DNA of 62,426 bases, counting the filler, from Choristocarpus tenellus KU-1152 (taxonomy: Eukaryota; Protista; Phaeophyceae), in assembly GCA_964200185.2 (NCBI GenBank). It is 6 parts of 6 records of this genome, joined end to end, with 100 filler letters (N's around TTAATTAATTAA, not from the genome) between each part and the next. Parts side by side here need not be neighbours in the genome. Positions count along the whole stretch, not along the records: positions 39,157 to 45,542 come from CAXNAD020008246.1; positions 45,643 to 58,783 come from CAXNAD020001573.1; 4 more parts are not named here. One strand, 5' to 3'. Position numbers and translations under genes: made by a program. A model generated the notes under the pieces. That model was not told the origin of the DNA. It made no database searches and worked only from the letters and a program-made list of their open reading frames with translations. Every line of letters starts with the position of its first letter. The stretch's first letter is position 1. Of the stretch, positions 40,363 to 52,600 are shown one piece after another.

Positions 40363-41694
40363 TTGACAACCGATCCATCATAGACGTTAGGTGCAAGTAA
40401 CAGCACTCCAATGGACGCATTCAGCGCGTGATTCCTGCATGTACTTTGAATATTTTGATAAGGGAAATGATTCGTTCCCTAGTGCATAGCAATAGCTCCT
40501 CCACAGTTTGGGTGTGGACATTAAACACGGACAGGAGAGTGGGAAAAGCTATGATGCTGGCATGAGGAGGGAAAAGATAAACCTTGACGTAAAGGGAGGC
40601 TAGGAATCCCCAACAACAACACGGGCTCATTAATCCTTAGGACTGGCTACACTTAAAAGAGCATGAAGATGAAGCTGATACCTCTGTGCAAGGTGTTAGT
40701 AAATATGAACTAGCAAATGACACGTATACAGTATGCAAGCCCTGCAAGTAATACGCCTGATGATATGGAGAGGGTGAATTGTCCAAAGATCAAGATACAA
40801 GGCAGTAGAAATGGTAGTGGAGGTTTGAGTCTACCTCTGCCGCCCTGTGTTCAAGTGGCAGATATGCACAGGGCAAAAATACGTTTGTGCTTCAGGGTCA
40901 TACCTTGTGCAGATGAATACTGGGCACTTCCTGAATAGGCTGATTGGCGAGTTTTACTCTGTATCACTTGATACAATGACTGTGGGTGTATTGCTTGCAT
41001 ACTTAAATCAATAGCATTTCGTGGACAGCACCTCCTACCCCAAAAAAAAGAACTATTTATGAGCAGTTCCAAGGATATTTCGAAGATGTTCCACAATATT
41101 AAGGAATATCGAAAACCAAGACTTCAAGGCAATATCTTAGTACGAGTGAGACATCATGGTCAATTGCATGGAAAATCAGACGTATGCTTGTATACCTTGA
41201 AGATTAACTTCAACTGTACTAACCCAACCATGGCTAGATCACCAAAAATGGTGACCATCACACAATACCTTTGATTTTGCACCATAGGGCTCCAGGGCAA
41301 CGCATAACCCCACCTAGCCAACACTGGGGAAGAACTCTTTTGCACTGCACATGTGAACTCTTTTCAGACAAATATGGAAAAGAGTGTAATACTCAAAGAG
41401 CACAGAAGCGATTCTTAGTGATGAATGAAATCAATCCATGGACATATGACAGCTTGCATTAATTCCTTAGGGTCTATATACTCTGAAGTCTAATTTCGGT
41501 AAGCACAGCAGTATAGGAGAGAGAGGAAAAATACCACATGCCTATATATTGATTCTATATGGGCTGTTTGTTGTCAAAACTGGTGGCAATGACCACTACT
41601 TCATTATCACACTGGAATGAAGTACACTACCAACTGCTACTGCTGTTCTAGTCCTTAATGTACACTCGTCATCAATAGGAATAAACATAGTAAA

Positions 41695-41951
41695 GATGTA
41701 CCTGCAGCGCTTGATACAAGGTTTACTTTTGAAAAAATTGTAGTTGGACCCACAATTTTTATACGGTGGAGTAGGGCCTGGAAAAATCATTTACTGAATG
41801 CAATCATTTGGTACTCGCATATGAAAAATCCTAAAATAAAAGTACTGTATATTTCGGCTGAGAAATTACATGTAGATTTATCAAGGCATTAAGGAGCAAA
41901 GATGTAATGTCATTCGAAGATGAGTTTAGATCAGTTGATGTTTTGATATTA
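41695..41951 (+). pseudogene. dnaA: Decayed bacterial chromosomal replication initiator DnaA fragment (domain III, AAA+)
   Basis: Across frameshifts it reads LDTRFTFEKIVVGP / FLYGGVGPGK / HLLNAIIWYSHMKNPKIKVLYISAEK / RFIKALRSKDVMSFEDEFRSVDVL. Confidence 0.88.
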
Positions 41952-42685
41952 CAACTGCCTCAAAAATCCCATCCTTCAGAAAAGGTGGGTATGAAAGGTG
42001 AACGAATTTCTGCCATAACGTTCTGCCATAACGTAGCAGCGCCTAGCTGTATGTACTGTATTTTCTATTGCTGTAGATGTATCTTGAAAATTATTGCCAT
42101 TTATTCAGATTCATAATAGAATGTAACATGTACTACTAGCTTAAATTAATTGGTTACTGCCACGAAGCATAGGCCAGTCAATCCATATGCTTTGTCCATA
42201 ATCGAACACAGAACAAGCTGAAAATCCACAAATACAACAAACTGTGCCTCACATGGGCTCAACAAAGCACAGTAGGAAAAAAAACATCCTGAACTTCCAC
42301 ATAAATTTTTATTCCACCTTTGGGTAGTGTGACTGAGTTGGATAAAACAAACAAGTCGGGTATGCCTTAAGTCCCATAGGAACTATCTGTATAGATGGGG
42401 TGAGGAGAAAGCGCAGGTTGGAACGGCATCTTCTACAAAAAAAATTGAAACCGTATGGTAACATAAAATAAATATATAAACTATACAAAGGAAACTTCAA
42501 TAGCCCACAACAACAAAGAGCAAAATACCTGGAAACATGTACACATTGAAAGCTTGCTCTAAAACTCTCCCCATCAAGATAAATGCAACCTTTCTACACA
42601 ACAAGAAGCGGCAACCTCTAATCTGTGCTATGATGTTGGCAAATCAGCTTTTTGCTTGCCATTGCTCACATTTAACAGTCTATGA

Positions 42686-44545
42686 CTATGGGCTGATGCT
42701 CGCTGTTGCGTGGCTAGTGTTACCCACCTCTGCTTCATGATCAGTTGTCACTTGTGCAGGAAAGAATAGACGTCCTTTAGTTAGGCGAGAAAAATCTGAA
42801 GCACCGTTCCTTCGTGCCCCTGGTAGTTTCCTAGCACTCCCATCATTCCAGGTGAATGCCCTTAGCTCATTGTCACTGGCTCCTCTGAGATCTTTCAACG
42901 GCATCAACCACATCTTATTGGTGGACGTGGCCTGACTAAATCCTGAACAGCAGAGCGCAAGTTCAGCGGCCTCAAAAGATATGCGATCCCATCCATTCCG
43001 CCTCCCTATATCCTTTATCACTTCAACATTGATATGGTTATTTTTCACGTATTCTACGAAAATGCGTAGCTTTCCTAAGTCACTGTCCACGCTTCCATCT
43101 TTGTCCGTAGGCAAGTTCAGGTGGCTAATGAGCTCATAGGGGTTATAAATATCCACAGGACTGCTTGAGCATAGCCACCCAGCTATAGCACCCAACGATA
43201 AAGCAAGCACGACTACCCCGAAGACAGCTGTAAGAGAAGTCACTTCTACACCGGCCTCAATGGACTCAACGACATTCAAGTGCTGAACAACACCAATGTT
43301 ATTGTCAGGGTGTTCGCCAAAGGGCGAAATACGGATTCCTTCGGGATAGTCGAGGTTGTTCAAGCTCCAGTAAGTTAGCAATGCGAAACAATCCCCGCCC
43401 GTTATTTCATCTCTTCCCTCTGTCTTCACACCATTCACGATCCCTGTCACAATCGCTTCGACCAGACGGTAACTGGAGGAGATGTAGAAGACGGGAAGTA
43501 ATGTTGTGGCCCCACTGGCTCGCCAGACAGAGTAGAGGAAGCTTGGGTAGCTGGTATCCTCCTCAACTACCAGGTATGTGCTACCGTGGGGATTCTTGTT
43601 GCGGAGGATGATGGTGGGGGGACTTTCGACTCCACTTCGAGACGGTAAAGCTGGCCCATTTACACACTCAGTGGCAGTACCCCAATGGTTTGCATCTTTG
43701 TCCAGCTGCACTGTTCCGTTCTTGAGTGAATCGCCAGTGCAGTCTATGCCTTTGACAGAGTGGTTTTTCCTGTTGTAATACAAGTCGGGAGTAGTTTCAG
43801 TTAAGAAGTTGTTGGACCACCGAGAGATGACTGCATTTCCCTCAACTTCACGATCACCAATCCCCACATTTCCATGTCTACCGACTCTGTAGAATCCCAC
43901 GGCGTAACCGCTGCTGTATGTGTCCTTGAAATTGCCCCTCTTTCCCTCTATAGCAGTACTGTTATCCATACGAGTGATAAACCAAATCTTTCCGTCGTTG
44001 TTCTCACCACGCTCAAGCACTGGGGGAGGACGATTCAGTAGGTCTACTGGGCCACCAGTTTCAAAAGCGAGATCCATTGTCAGTTCCAACCCCAAGGACG
44101 AAATAGAAAATAAGGCCAGCAGCAGAGTTGCGATTCGTGCAAAGTTACAGTTTCCCCGGTCTCCCATAACTTCCGCTTCCAGAGGATAGTGCGTTACTTC
44201 CACTGACTGCCGTCGATGTTTGATCGCCACCCAACCCATATGAGCCCTAACACGTGCAAGAGCCTTTGCCACAATCGGGTGGAGTATGTACGCAACGAAG
44301 ATGAAAGACAAGATGATGAATAATGTACCATCACCTTTGCGGAGTCTAATGGTCCACATTCTAGACTGCTTAGCTGCGCACGACGAATATTCTGTAAGAG
44401 CGTAAACAAACATTCCATCACACCGATCCATTCGTGAGAGCAGATCGGAAGGTGGGATGAGTAGCACGGCACAAGGGGCATCGATAGAAAAACATGAGTT
44501 GGAAGAGTGTGCTACACGAATATTGAGAAGCAAAAGATTTGGCAT
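42686..44545 (-). CDS. Intronless orphan membrane protein, 619 aa (about 3 TM segments and a large loop)
   Basis: Long ORF with hydrophobic segments TLFIILSFIFVAYILHPIVA, IATLLLALFSISSLGL and LTAVFGVVVLALSLGAIAGWL. The loop has N-X-S/T sequons and Cys residues. The true start may be a downstream Met. Confidence 0.8.
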   Translation of the reverse strand: MPNLLLLNIRVAHSSNSCFSIDAPCAVLLIPPSDLLSRMDRCDGMFVYALTEYSSCAAKQSRMWTIRLRKGDGTLFIILSFIFVAYILHPIVAKALARVRAHMGWVAIKHRRQSVEVTHYPLEAEVMGDRGNCNFARIATLLLALFSISSLGLELTMDLAFETGGPVDLLNRPPPVLERGENNDGKIWFITRMDNSTAIEGKRGNFKDTYSSGYAVGFYRVGRHGNVGIGDREVEGNAVISRWSNNFLTETTPDLYYNRKNHSVKGIDCTGDSLKNGTVQLDKDANHWGTATECVNGPALPSRSGVESPPTIILRNKNPHGSTYLVVEEDTSYPSFLYSVWRASGATTLLPVFYISSSYRLVEAIVTGIVNGVKTEGRDEITGGDCFALLTYWSLNNLDYPEGIRISPFGEHPDNNIGVVQHLNVVESIEAGVEVTSLTAVFGVVVLALSLGAIAGWLCSSSPVDIYNPYELISHLNLPTDKDGSVDSDLGKLRIFVEYVKNNHINVEVIKDIGRRNGWDRISFEAAELALCCSGFSQATSTNKMWLMPLKDLRGASDNELRAFTWNDGSARKLPGARRNGASDFSRLTKGRLFFPAQVTTDHEAEVGNTSHATASISP

Positions 44546-44921
44546 AACTACGAACTCAGGGAGAACAGCGAGAAAACTGGCTTGTCAAACCAAGTCAGGC
44601 ATTCCAGGGGAAAGAACCACTCACCTCGGTCTTCCTTCCTTTCCTAAATCAAGGCATTGAACAATAGTTTTTATCAACAACTGAAGTTGTCAGTCTAGAA
44701 GTGCCTCGTGTTGCTCTGGTATACACTAAAGAGATCACATATGATTTAGGTTCATGAAAGTTCAGGATTCAATCATCTATCACGGTTCTCGTATCGTTCG
44801 TAAAAAAAAAACACGAATTTGTTACTTCACCACTACATATCAATATTGTATATTATGTTGGTTCAAATTCAAATATGCTTACATATAGGAGTGTCGTCGT
44901 TCCCAACCCACTCCATCAACA

Positions 44922-45286
44922 TCTGAATTTCGGAATCAAGATATAGATTATGTAGCACGTCAATTAAAAATTCTGGATTTTGAAGTCGATAATTTTCAAT
45001 TAGATAAGCATAGCTTTAAACGTTACAAATAGAAAAAATCTTGCAATATTATGGTTGCACTCCTTTTGATCAAGCGGCGCAGATTTTATTGCATCAAAAA
45101 ATCTACCTCCTCGCGACATCTCATGTAAAACCCAAGGTGATATTTAATGATTGTATAGCTTTATTAGATGAATTACTATCATTTATGGACGATAAGGCAG
45201 TTTATAAATTGACGTCTTTAAAGTTTGAAAATATTGGAAGACACCAAAACAAAATGAAGAAACGTATTTCTGTTAAGATCAAATAA
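44922..45286 (+). pseudogene. tnpA: Decayed bacterial Tn3-family transposase N-terminal (DUF4158-type) fragment
   Basis: FRNQDIDYVARQL..DKHSFKRYK / (frameshift) ILQYYGCTPFDQAAQILLHQKIYLLATSHVKPKVIFNDCIAL / LDELL..YKLTSLK follows the order of Tn3 TnpA N-terminal blocks with an internal deletion. AT-rich and intronless. Confidence 0.7.
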
Positions 45287-46661
45287 TGAATATAATGAAG
45301 TATATAATATTTTCTTTCTTATACGGGGAACCATTCCAATCGAAACAGAACTCAGAATCTATATCTTCATACATTTTTTTGTGGGAACAACATTCTCCTC
45401 ACAACTAAAAAAAACGAGTTTGTTCTATATTTGAGTTGTGTGAATGAACTGAACAATCAGGACATACATTATTATATTATTATACCCTCTGACATTTTGC
45501 AGATGTGTCAGGGGAAAACCAATGAAAACTATATACATATGTNNNNNNNNNNNNNNNNNNNNNNNNNNNNNNNNNNNNNNNNNNNNTTAATTAATTAANN
45601 NNNNNNNNNNNNNNNNNNNNNNNNNNNNNNNNNNNNNNNNNNAAATAACAACAAAAAAAAAATAACCCCCAACGCGCCGCCCCCCCCCCCCCCCCCCCCC
45701 CCCCCCAGATACTTTGAGCCATGAAGGATGCTCTATGATGCTTGTACTGTCCTGGTTCTTGAAACAACCACCGCGATATAGGATGGGAATGCCCAACAAT
45801 GTCGGGGTAGTAGTTGTGTACTTCATGATACCACTGTCTTGTGGTACATGCTACCGATGTGTGTGTGTACTTTGCCAGTCCACATGTACTCCTACATAAT
45901 TTATTTTGAGACCTCATGGCTACCATGACAGTGCTGAAGTACGATATGGCCTGTGTGATGCAGCCTCCCATAGTACATCCCTTGGGATAGTACATACAGC
46001 TAGAGACCTAAACCTTACAATCATGCTGTCAGGGGGGAGTAAGGTTGGGGGTAGGGATATCGGTTTCCTGTACCTCACAAGGACCTTACGTCCTTCACGT
46101 AACTCCAATGTATAATTCAAATCATGTAGATGTGCTCTGGCAATCTTCACATGCTCTCTCCATGAGACCTAAGTCTTCTTTTTCGTAGAGTGTACAGAGG
46201 GTTGCCTGCCTGAAATGAGTTGTCCCCTGCTTGGATACTTGAGTTTGTTGATCCCACCCTCAATACCATCATCCCTCTTTGTTCTTGTGGAACTCCTTGA
46301 TAAAGTCTGGTGTGTGGATACCAATGCTAGTTGTTTACAGGTGCATATTAGATTTAGTTGTTATCAAATTATGAACCTTACCCTCTGCTGGTAGAACTAT
46401 TTCCACCCTACAATTGTACCCTCATACCCTCCACAACCTCCCTTCACAATTTTCTGTGCATCCTTCTTTTTCAACATAGCACTGCTACGTTTTAGTGAGA
46501 CCATTGTACATATCTCCTTGCCTTGCTCCCCTCTGCAATGGTCTTGAGTGCTTCTTCGTGGTCTGCCGCTTCAGTGCACCTCTTTGCCTGCACTAAATGC
46601 CTTCCTTGCCCCACCCTTTCCTAACTCTGAAATGGGCGCCACTTCCAATTGATACTGCAAG

Positions 46662-49600
46662 ACCAAACTGATGGAGATAGTCCGGTCCCTACTGCGGGAG
46701 AGGGACTACTTAGTTCAGAAATACGCCAAGACCCACCCCTTCAGGGCTGTCAACCGGCTACAGGTGGATTTTGTCTTTTATCGGAGGAGGCGATAAGAAC
46801 ACTAGCATGTTGAAAAACATTACTCAAGAGTAATAGGCTCTTTGATTCATTCAGAAAACTGACTGTTGACTGGATTTTGGATTTTCCCTATGGCATTCTT
46901 ATTCGTGGTGAGTAGAATGAGTGCTACTAATAAAAGAACAACCGACGTTTGTAATCAAGGTAATGAGTACAATAGTCCGTGGTTCTTGATGTCTACTTTG
47001 GATAATTAAAACCAGAGCTCTATCAAAAGATGTCTGGTGTTAATGGGATTCGAACCCACGAAATTTGTGCAGGGTATAGCCTCCTTAACCGCTCGGCCAC
47101 AAGGATGGTTCAAGAATGAAGGAATCTTGTGGGGCAAACATGTCCCATTGGCCCAGTGCAACATAGCAGTCATCCTATTGGTGCACTTTAATGCAGCATT
47201 TTGAGTACAATACTCCCCCCCACACAGACATATCTCGATGTTAGTGTGACTATGTGATTGCTTCCTTGATTTTGTCTGTGGGTGGTAATAAGACCCTTAT
47301 CCCTTCGACCACAGTTGTCATTCCCAATAACTGCATCTTAGAGATTGCACTTGTGAGAGTTTTGTCTGCCGACATGGGATTGATGTTTGTGAGGAGAATA
47401 GAGGTGGCATCATGCTATCTAAATTTTGAGTGGGGATCAGGTGGGGATGTTTTTGCATGGTGGCAAAGGGAAAAAAATGGATGGCACTTTGAAACCATGT
47501 GTCCACTCTTGTGTGTGTTCTGAAATCAAATTTACGGGTTCAATTGCTGGATTGTGTTGACTATGTGGACGAAACCGTTGCTGTACTCATGAGCCCTTAG
47601 GATTTATTTTTTTAGGGATCAGTTGTTAAGGATAGTTAATACGTTACACTCAAAGAGCATGCATAGTGGTTTAGTGTTACAAATCATATCATAGCTATTG
47701 TGCAAATTACGATTGATTGAAACTGAAAATTGAGGAATAAAATCCGATTGGTTATCTTCATGCGAATAGACGCTGGCACCCTCTTCTCAAAGATATTGGC
47801 GATTCGCATACCTCGCTTTGTGCCCTGTATCCGTTTGGTTTATTGCTGACTACTTTATTATTTTCCAAGTCGGTTTAACTTGCACACACAATTGCTTTTG
47901 AATATCAATACCAGCAATATTTCCGAATCATCCACCTACCAAAATTATGGTAAGTACGCTGGCAGCAGTGTGGTTGGATGTCATACCACCAGTAGTCCAC
48001 CAGTCACGAGACGCAGTCTATCTTCTTGTCAATGGCGAAGCATCTGTAGCTATCAGGTGATTCGTACACAGTTGCTGTCACACACTAATATCGCCCAAAT
48101 GTTGACCTATACCGAATCATTCCTGGAACATTAACCTGTTCAACAGAAATAATCTTGAACAGTGGTGGACATTGATGACAAAAAGGTCACTGCAAGTAGC
48201 ACACAATTAATGTCACACCTTAATGTTGCCAAAACATGAGACTTGTGCACTCTCTTGATACCTACCTGTCCAATGAACTCTATCTTGAATGAATGATGGT
48301 GTGACATCGGCGAGGTAAGTTACTATGCCCATCACCTTCCTGACTTCTGACCCCCAAACTCTTCAGGTTACCCATGTTAAAGAGGCATGCCGCTTGGGAG
48401 ATATTAAGCAGTTTGCGGAGATGTCCAGGGGCCTGGCAGAGCAAAGCATGGAAACAATTTTCACAGATGGAGTTGTATATGGTGTGGTCTCTAGGTGCTT
48501 AATTGGAAAGGGGCAAAGGAAGGGGAACACATGACGGCCTGGTTGAAGATGTAGTCTTTAGATACACTAACAGTGTCTTTGTCTATACAGGCCTGGGATG
48601 AGATAACCACCATTAGACTCTCTTGTATTCATGTTTATTATGGATCCTGCTACGATGTTGATGAAGACAAGTCCAAACTAAGTCCTGCCTCCTTGTTCAC
48701 TCAATAAAACATGTTGCCATTATTCCTATGCAGGGTAAACAAAGAGGTTGACATGTTATCCTCCATGTATCATTTTGGTCACTACACGTTAGTGGTACAT
48801 AGGTTCCAGCTGGAATTCCTTGTGGTGGGAGGGTCCCTCTTCCACAGTTTGATTTATCTGTTTCTTGTTGGGTGATCACTGTTTTGTGCTGGTTCATTGG
48901 CTGCAGGAAGGACGTGCTGTCCATCGTGGAGCAGCACATACTCCAACACATGGTAAGGGTCCCCTCTGGAGGTGGATCATCCAGGGCGGCCTACTTTCAC
49001 CAGGTGCAATGATGCCCTGTCCAATGTTTTCCCTAACAATGTTTGCCAAACAATGTTGCGCCACACCTGGATACCTGATCATGAAATGGAAAGAACCTGC
49101 CGCTTTAGTTCTTAATAGTGGGGCCTTGATCCTTCAGACTGTATTTTTCATCACAGGCGACCGACCTCATGTTGGTATCTCTATATATGGTTCCCCTGAC
49201 CGCCCACCCCCACCCCTCCCCTCCTCTGTTCCTGTGAAATATGGAGCCAGGCAGTGGGTATACCTCAAGGTTCTGTCCTTTCCAGCTTACTCTGCAGCTA
49301 CTTCTTCGGCCACATTGAGAAGCGAATATTAGGGCCAGTGCTGAGCTGTGGTGGTAGTGGCACAAGCAGTAATACCAGTGACAGTTGTGACAGATGGGAT
49401 CAATCTGTAACTGACGCACCATTGAAAGGGGGGGGCAAGGGCGAACAGGATAGTGGAGAACTAAATGGACGTGGATTCAGTGGGCAACAATCAACTGTAG
49501 TCCCCCCAAATCGCTTATCAGCTCCAATGACAGGGTCAGGAAATAGACGGCAGGGTTGTGACCAGGGCATCTGCAGCTCCAGTTCCATTGCATCACCATC

Positions 49601-52600
49601 ATGGGATTACCAACAGCTCAAAAAGGGTTATGCCCGGGGTGAACCATGCAGCCAAAGGACTCAAGCAGGCCCAGACAGGAATGGGGGTTGGGGGGGAAAG
49701 GGGGGAGGGGGAGATGCTGAANNNNNNNNNNGGGAGAGGAGGGGGGGAAAAGGGGGAGAGAAGGGACGCAGGGAGGCGGAGGTGGGAGGGGGGGGGGGGG
49801 GGGAAGGGGGGGGGGGGGAGATGCTGAATATGCTTGGGAGAGGGAGTGGGAGTGGGGATGGGATAGGGGTGGCCCCATATCAGATTGGGTGCTCTTGCGA
49901 TTGGTGGATGACTTCCTCTTGGTCACCATTAACAAGAGCAAGGCAGAAGCTTTCGTAAGGGTTATGCATGACAAGGAGATCACAAAGGCATGGGGTTTTT
50001 CTGTGCATGAGGCTAAGGTGACAGCTTTGTGCACAGTCGGACTCAACTGCTTATAGAGTATGACAAGTGAATGCCCGTTTTGTGGTTTGTACTTACTGTG
50101 ATTCAAAAACTGCCCATGAAAACATAAAGATCACTCTCCTTTTTTCTTGCTAGCAGTCTTGTCAATGGAAATATGTCGGACTACCATCTATGTGCCCACA
50201 TACAGTGTGGATTATGACCCAGCTGTGTTTCATGGTACAATATAGTTCATTCATTTGGTTTGTCCCAACGATTTGAGGGGAATTACAATAGATGGACTCA
50301 GGAGTACATCTGTCATGTGAGCCCTCTTGAATCAGGAGGGTAGTGATAGAAAATGTATTTGTGTATTAGATACAGTCCGTTCTATAGGAACTCTGATCTT
50401 CAGCACTCAATAGAATGGTCTTTTTAATTCCACATGGGGTACTATCGTAACAAATGTTAGGATATTCTTTGGGTCTCTCAATCGTGCTTCCCATCTCAAG
50501 GTCACACTGAAGCCCTCAAATTCTCGTCTTGATGCTGCATGCGTGCATGCACCCCCCTGGTTCTTATTTGCTCTGCTATGGCAGACACTTGTCAATTTTG
50601 ACATGATGCTCAGCCAAGATAGGGAAGGGGAGATGAAACAGGTTCCCAAGTGTGAAGAAGGTCTCTTCCCCTGGTGTGGTCTACGGTTTGACACCCACAC
50701 CTGTGAGGTGCTTGCAAGCTATGACAGGTCTGTGCTCGGCTGAATACAGTAAATGACACCAACCAAACGTTCCCCTACCTAAGGTTGGACCAATTTGCAC
50801 TACTGTGTGCCTTCGCTATGTGAAGGTGGGACTTGATGGTTTTCAGCTTACGTTAATACTTGATTTTTTTTTCTTAGTGTGATTGAAACTCAATGCAGCA
50901 ATCCTCTGCTAAAACACTCTGTGTGCTAGTTGAAGCACAGCACTAGAGTAGGTAACTTTGAGATTATTTTCTCTGTTGGTAATACTCTAGTAGGAGGGGG
51001 ACAAATTACTTGAGTAGATTTTTTTGTGCGCTATTTTATACTTTTATGGCACACGCTCACTCAGTATGGTATGCTACATTGTTGCATTGACATTGTCAAG
51101 TACTCCAGAGCATAGTGGAATAGCTTCATGTCGCCCTTTTTTAGATCACATGTAGCCGATTATCTGAAACGGAAATTTACGAAGCTCCGAGGCCGATGCT
51201 CTATGTAGCCAATACTCTCAACATGTTGGAATACCTGTTGTAAAACCTTGTCCCCACCCACTCCCAGGTACCTCAAGTACCCTGTTTCGGAGGCTGTTAC
51301 TGTGGAGTCCACAAAACCTGGGGGATCCCTACGGGACAAGATGAAGCGATTCATGTCCCCCAAGTGTCATGCCCTGCTGCTGGATGATGTGATCAACAAC
51401 CGTGACACTGTCCTCCTCAATATGTGAGATGACTGGTGGGGACTAAGTAAGAGGCACCAAGGTTGCTTCTTTGGTTGATTGGCATCATTTCAATAATGCA
51501 CAAGGGCTATTGAGGAGACTATTTTCGTTCCTGAGTATCAACAGGTTTTCTTAATGGTAGTATAGAGCCCTATATTTTGGTCGTAGGGTGTTCTTGACAA
51601 AAAGAGTAAGAAGTCGTTGAGCTGGTCAACTACTACAGCTAAGATTTCACATACAAAACAACTACTATGTAGTAGACAAGTTCACATGGTTGCTGATGTG
51701 TGTTCTTCTTTATAGTTGTATCATCCCTAATGAGCAAAACATCAACTATGAACTTCTAATGTTTTTTATAGTAAGTGTTTTGGATTAACTGTGTTTGCTA
51801 CCTAATGTCGCAATTAGTTTGTTGCTGACTGTTTACAAAAAAAAAAAATCCTCCATAGTACTGAATATACATCACTATACTCCAGTACATAAATATACTT
51901 CAAACTATGCATACTGCCTTATGCGAGTGACTGGTTACTCTCCTGTAGGGCAGGAAGTCACTCACTTGAATGGGACTGCATATCAAGATACAAATGACTG
52001 AAGTACTAGTAGTTGACAAGGTGCCAAAGAAAACGAAAACATTGAAGTGCTTTGTTGGCAACAACATTAGATGCTTGATATTACTTTTGAGACTAATTAT
52101 TTACTTTGTTGCCTTCATAGTCACAGATGTTTCCCCTGTTTCCAGCCCCCGACCACAACTTTTCCTCGGGGTGCAATTGGGAAGCAGGAGCATGAACAGC
52201 CACAAATCGAAAGAAGGGAATCTCAATGTGTGGATCATCCCCACATGAATGAACACATATTTAGTACATGCAATCAAACACAAGCTCTCTCCTCCCACCA
52301 CCCTTCCTGTGGTTGCCACTGTTAAACATTGTTGGGAAACCAGATATGAGATGTTTCTAGTTTGTGCAGCGAAGACTGTTGCCTCAGCCCTCCGGCTCCC
52401 GCATGGACCATGGTCAAATCCTTCCCTCATATCAAATGGGGCCCAGGAGACTGCTGCCTACATGTACAGTCTAATTCAGAGTCGCTCTAATAGGCGTAAA
52501 GGGGGCTTTGGAGTGAGGAAGGACATGCGATGCTCCTGCAAGGTGACACCTGAAACTTACGTCTATCTTTCACCATGAACATCCACTCTGCTAACCTATC

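Noticed and set aside
40620-41460. hAT transposase relic (GEFYSVSLDTMT motif)
   Set aside because: A single short motif among many stops; not enough to call without a search.
46800-47108. Telomerase RNA encoded in the TERT intron behind the tRNA-like promoter
   Set aside because: No CCCTAA-type template downstream on that strand, and a T4 terminator follows almost immediately.
47034-47108. Functional tRNA gene
   Set aside because: The acceptor stem does not pair and there is no proper anticodon arm.
47640-48130. A further bacterial insert (AT-rich, CpG-retaining patch in a TERT intron; similar patch at ~17260-17470)
   Set aside because: No protein family recognised in any frame. Worth a BLASTX but unsupported as it stands.
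49722-49828. TERT as a frameshifted pseudogene
   Set aside because: The shift coincides with an N gap and a duplicated GGAGATGCTGAA in poly-G sequence. All other exons and the catalytic DD are intact.
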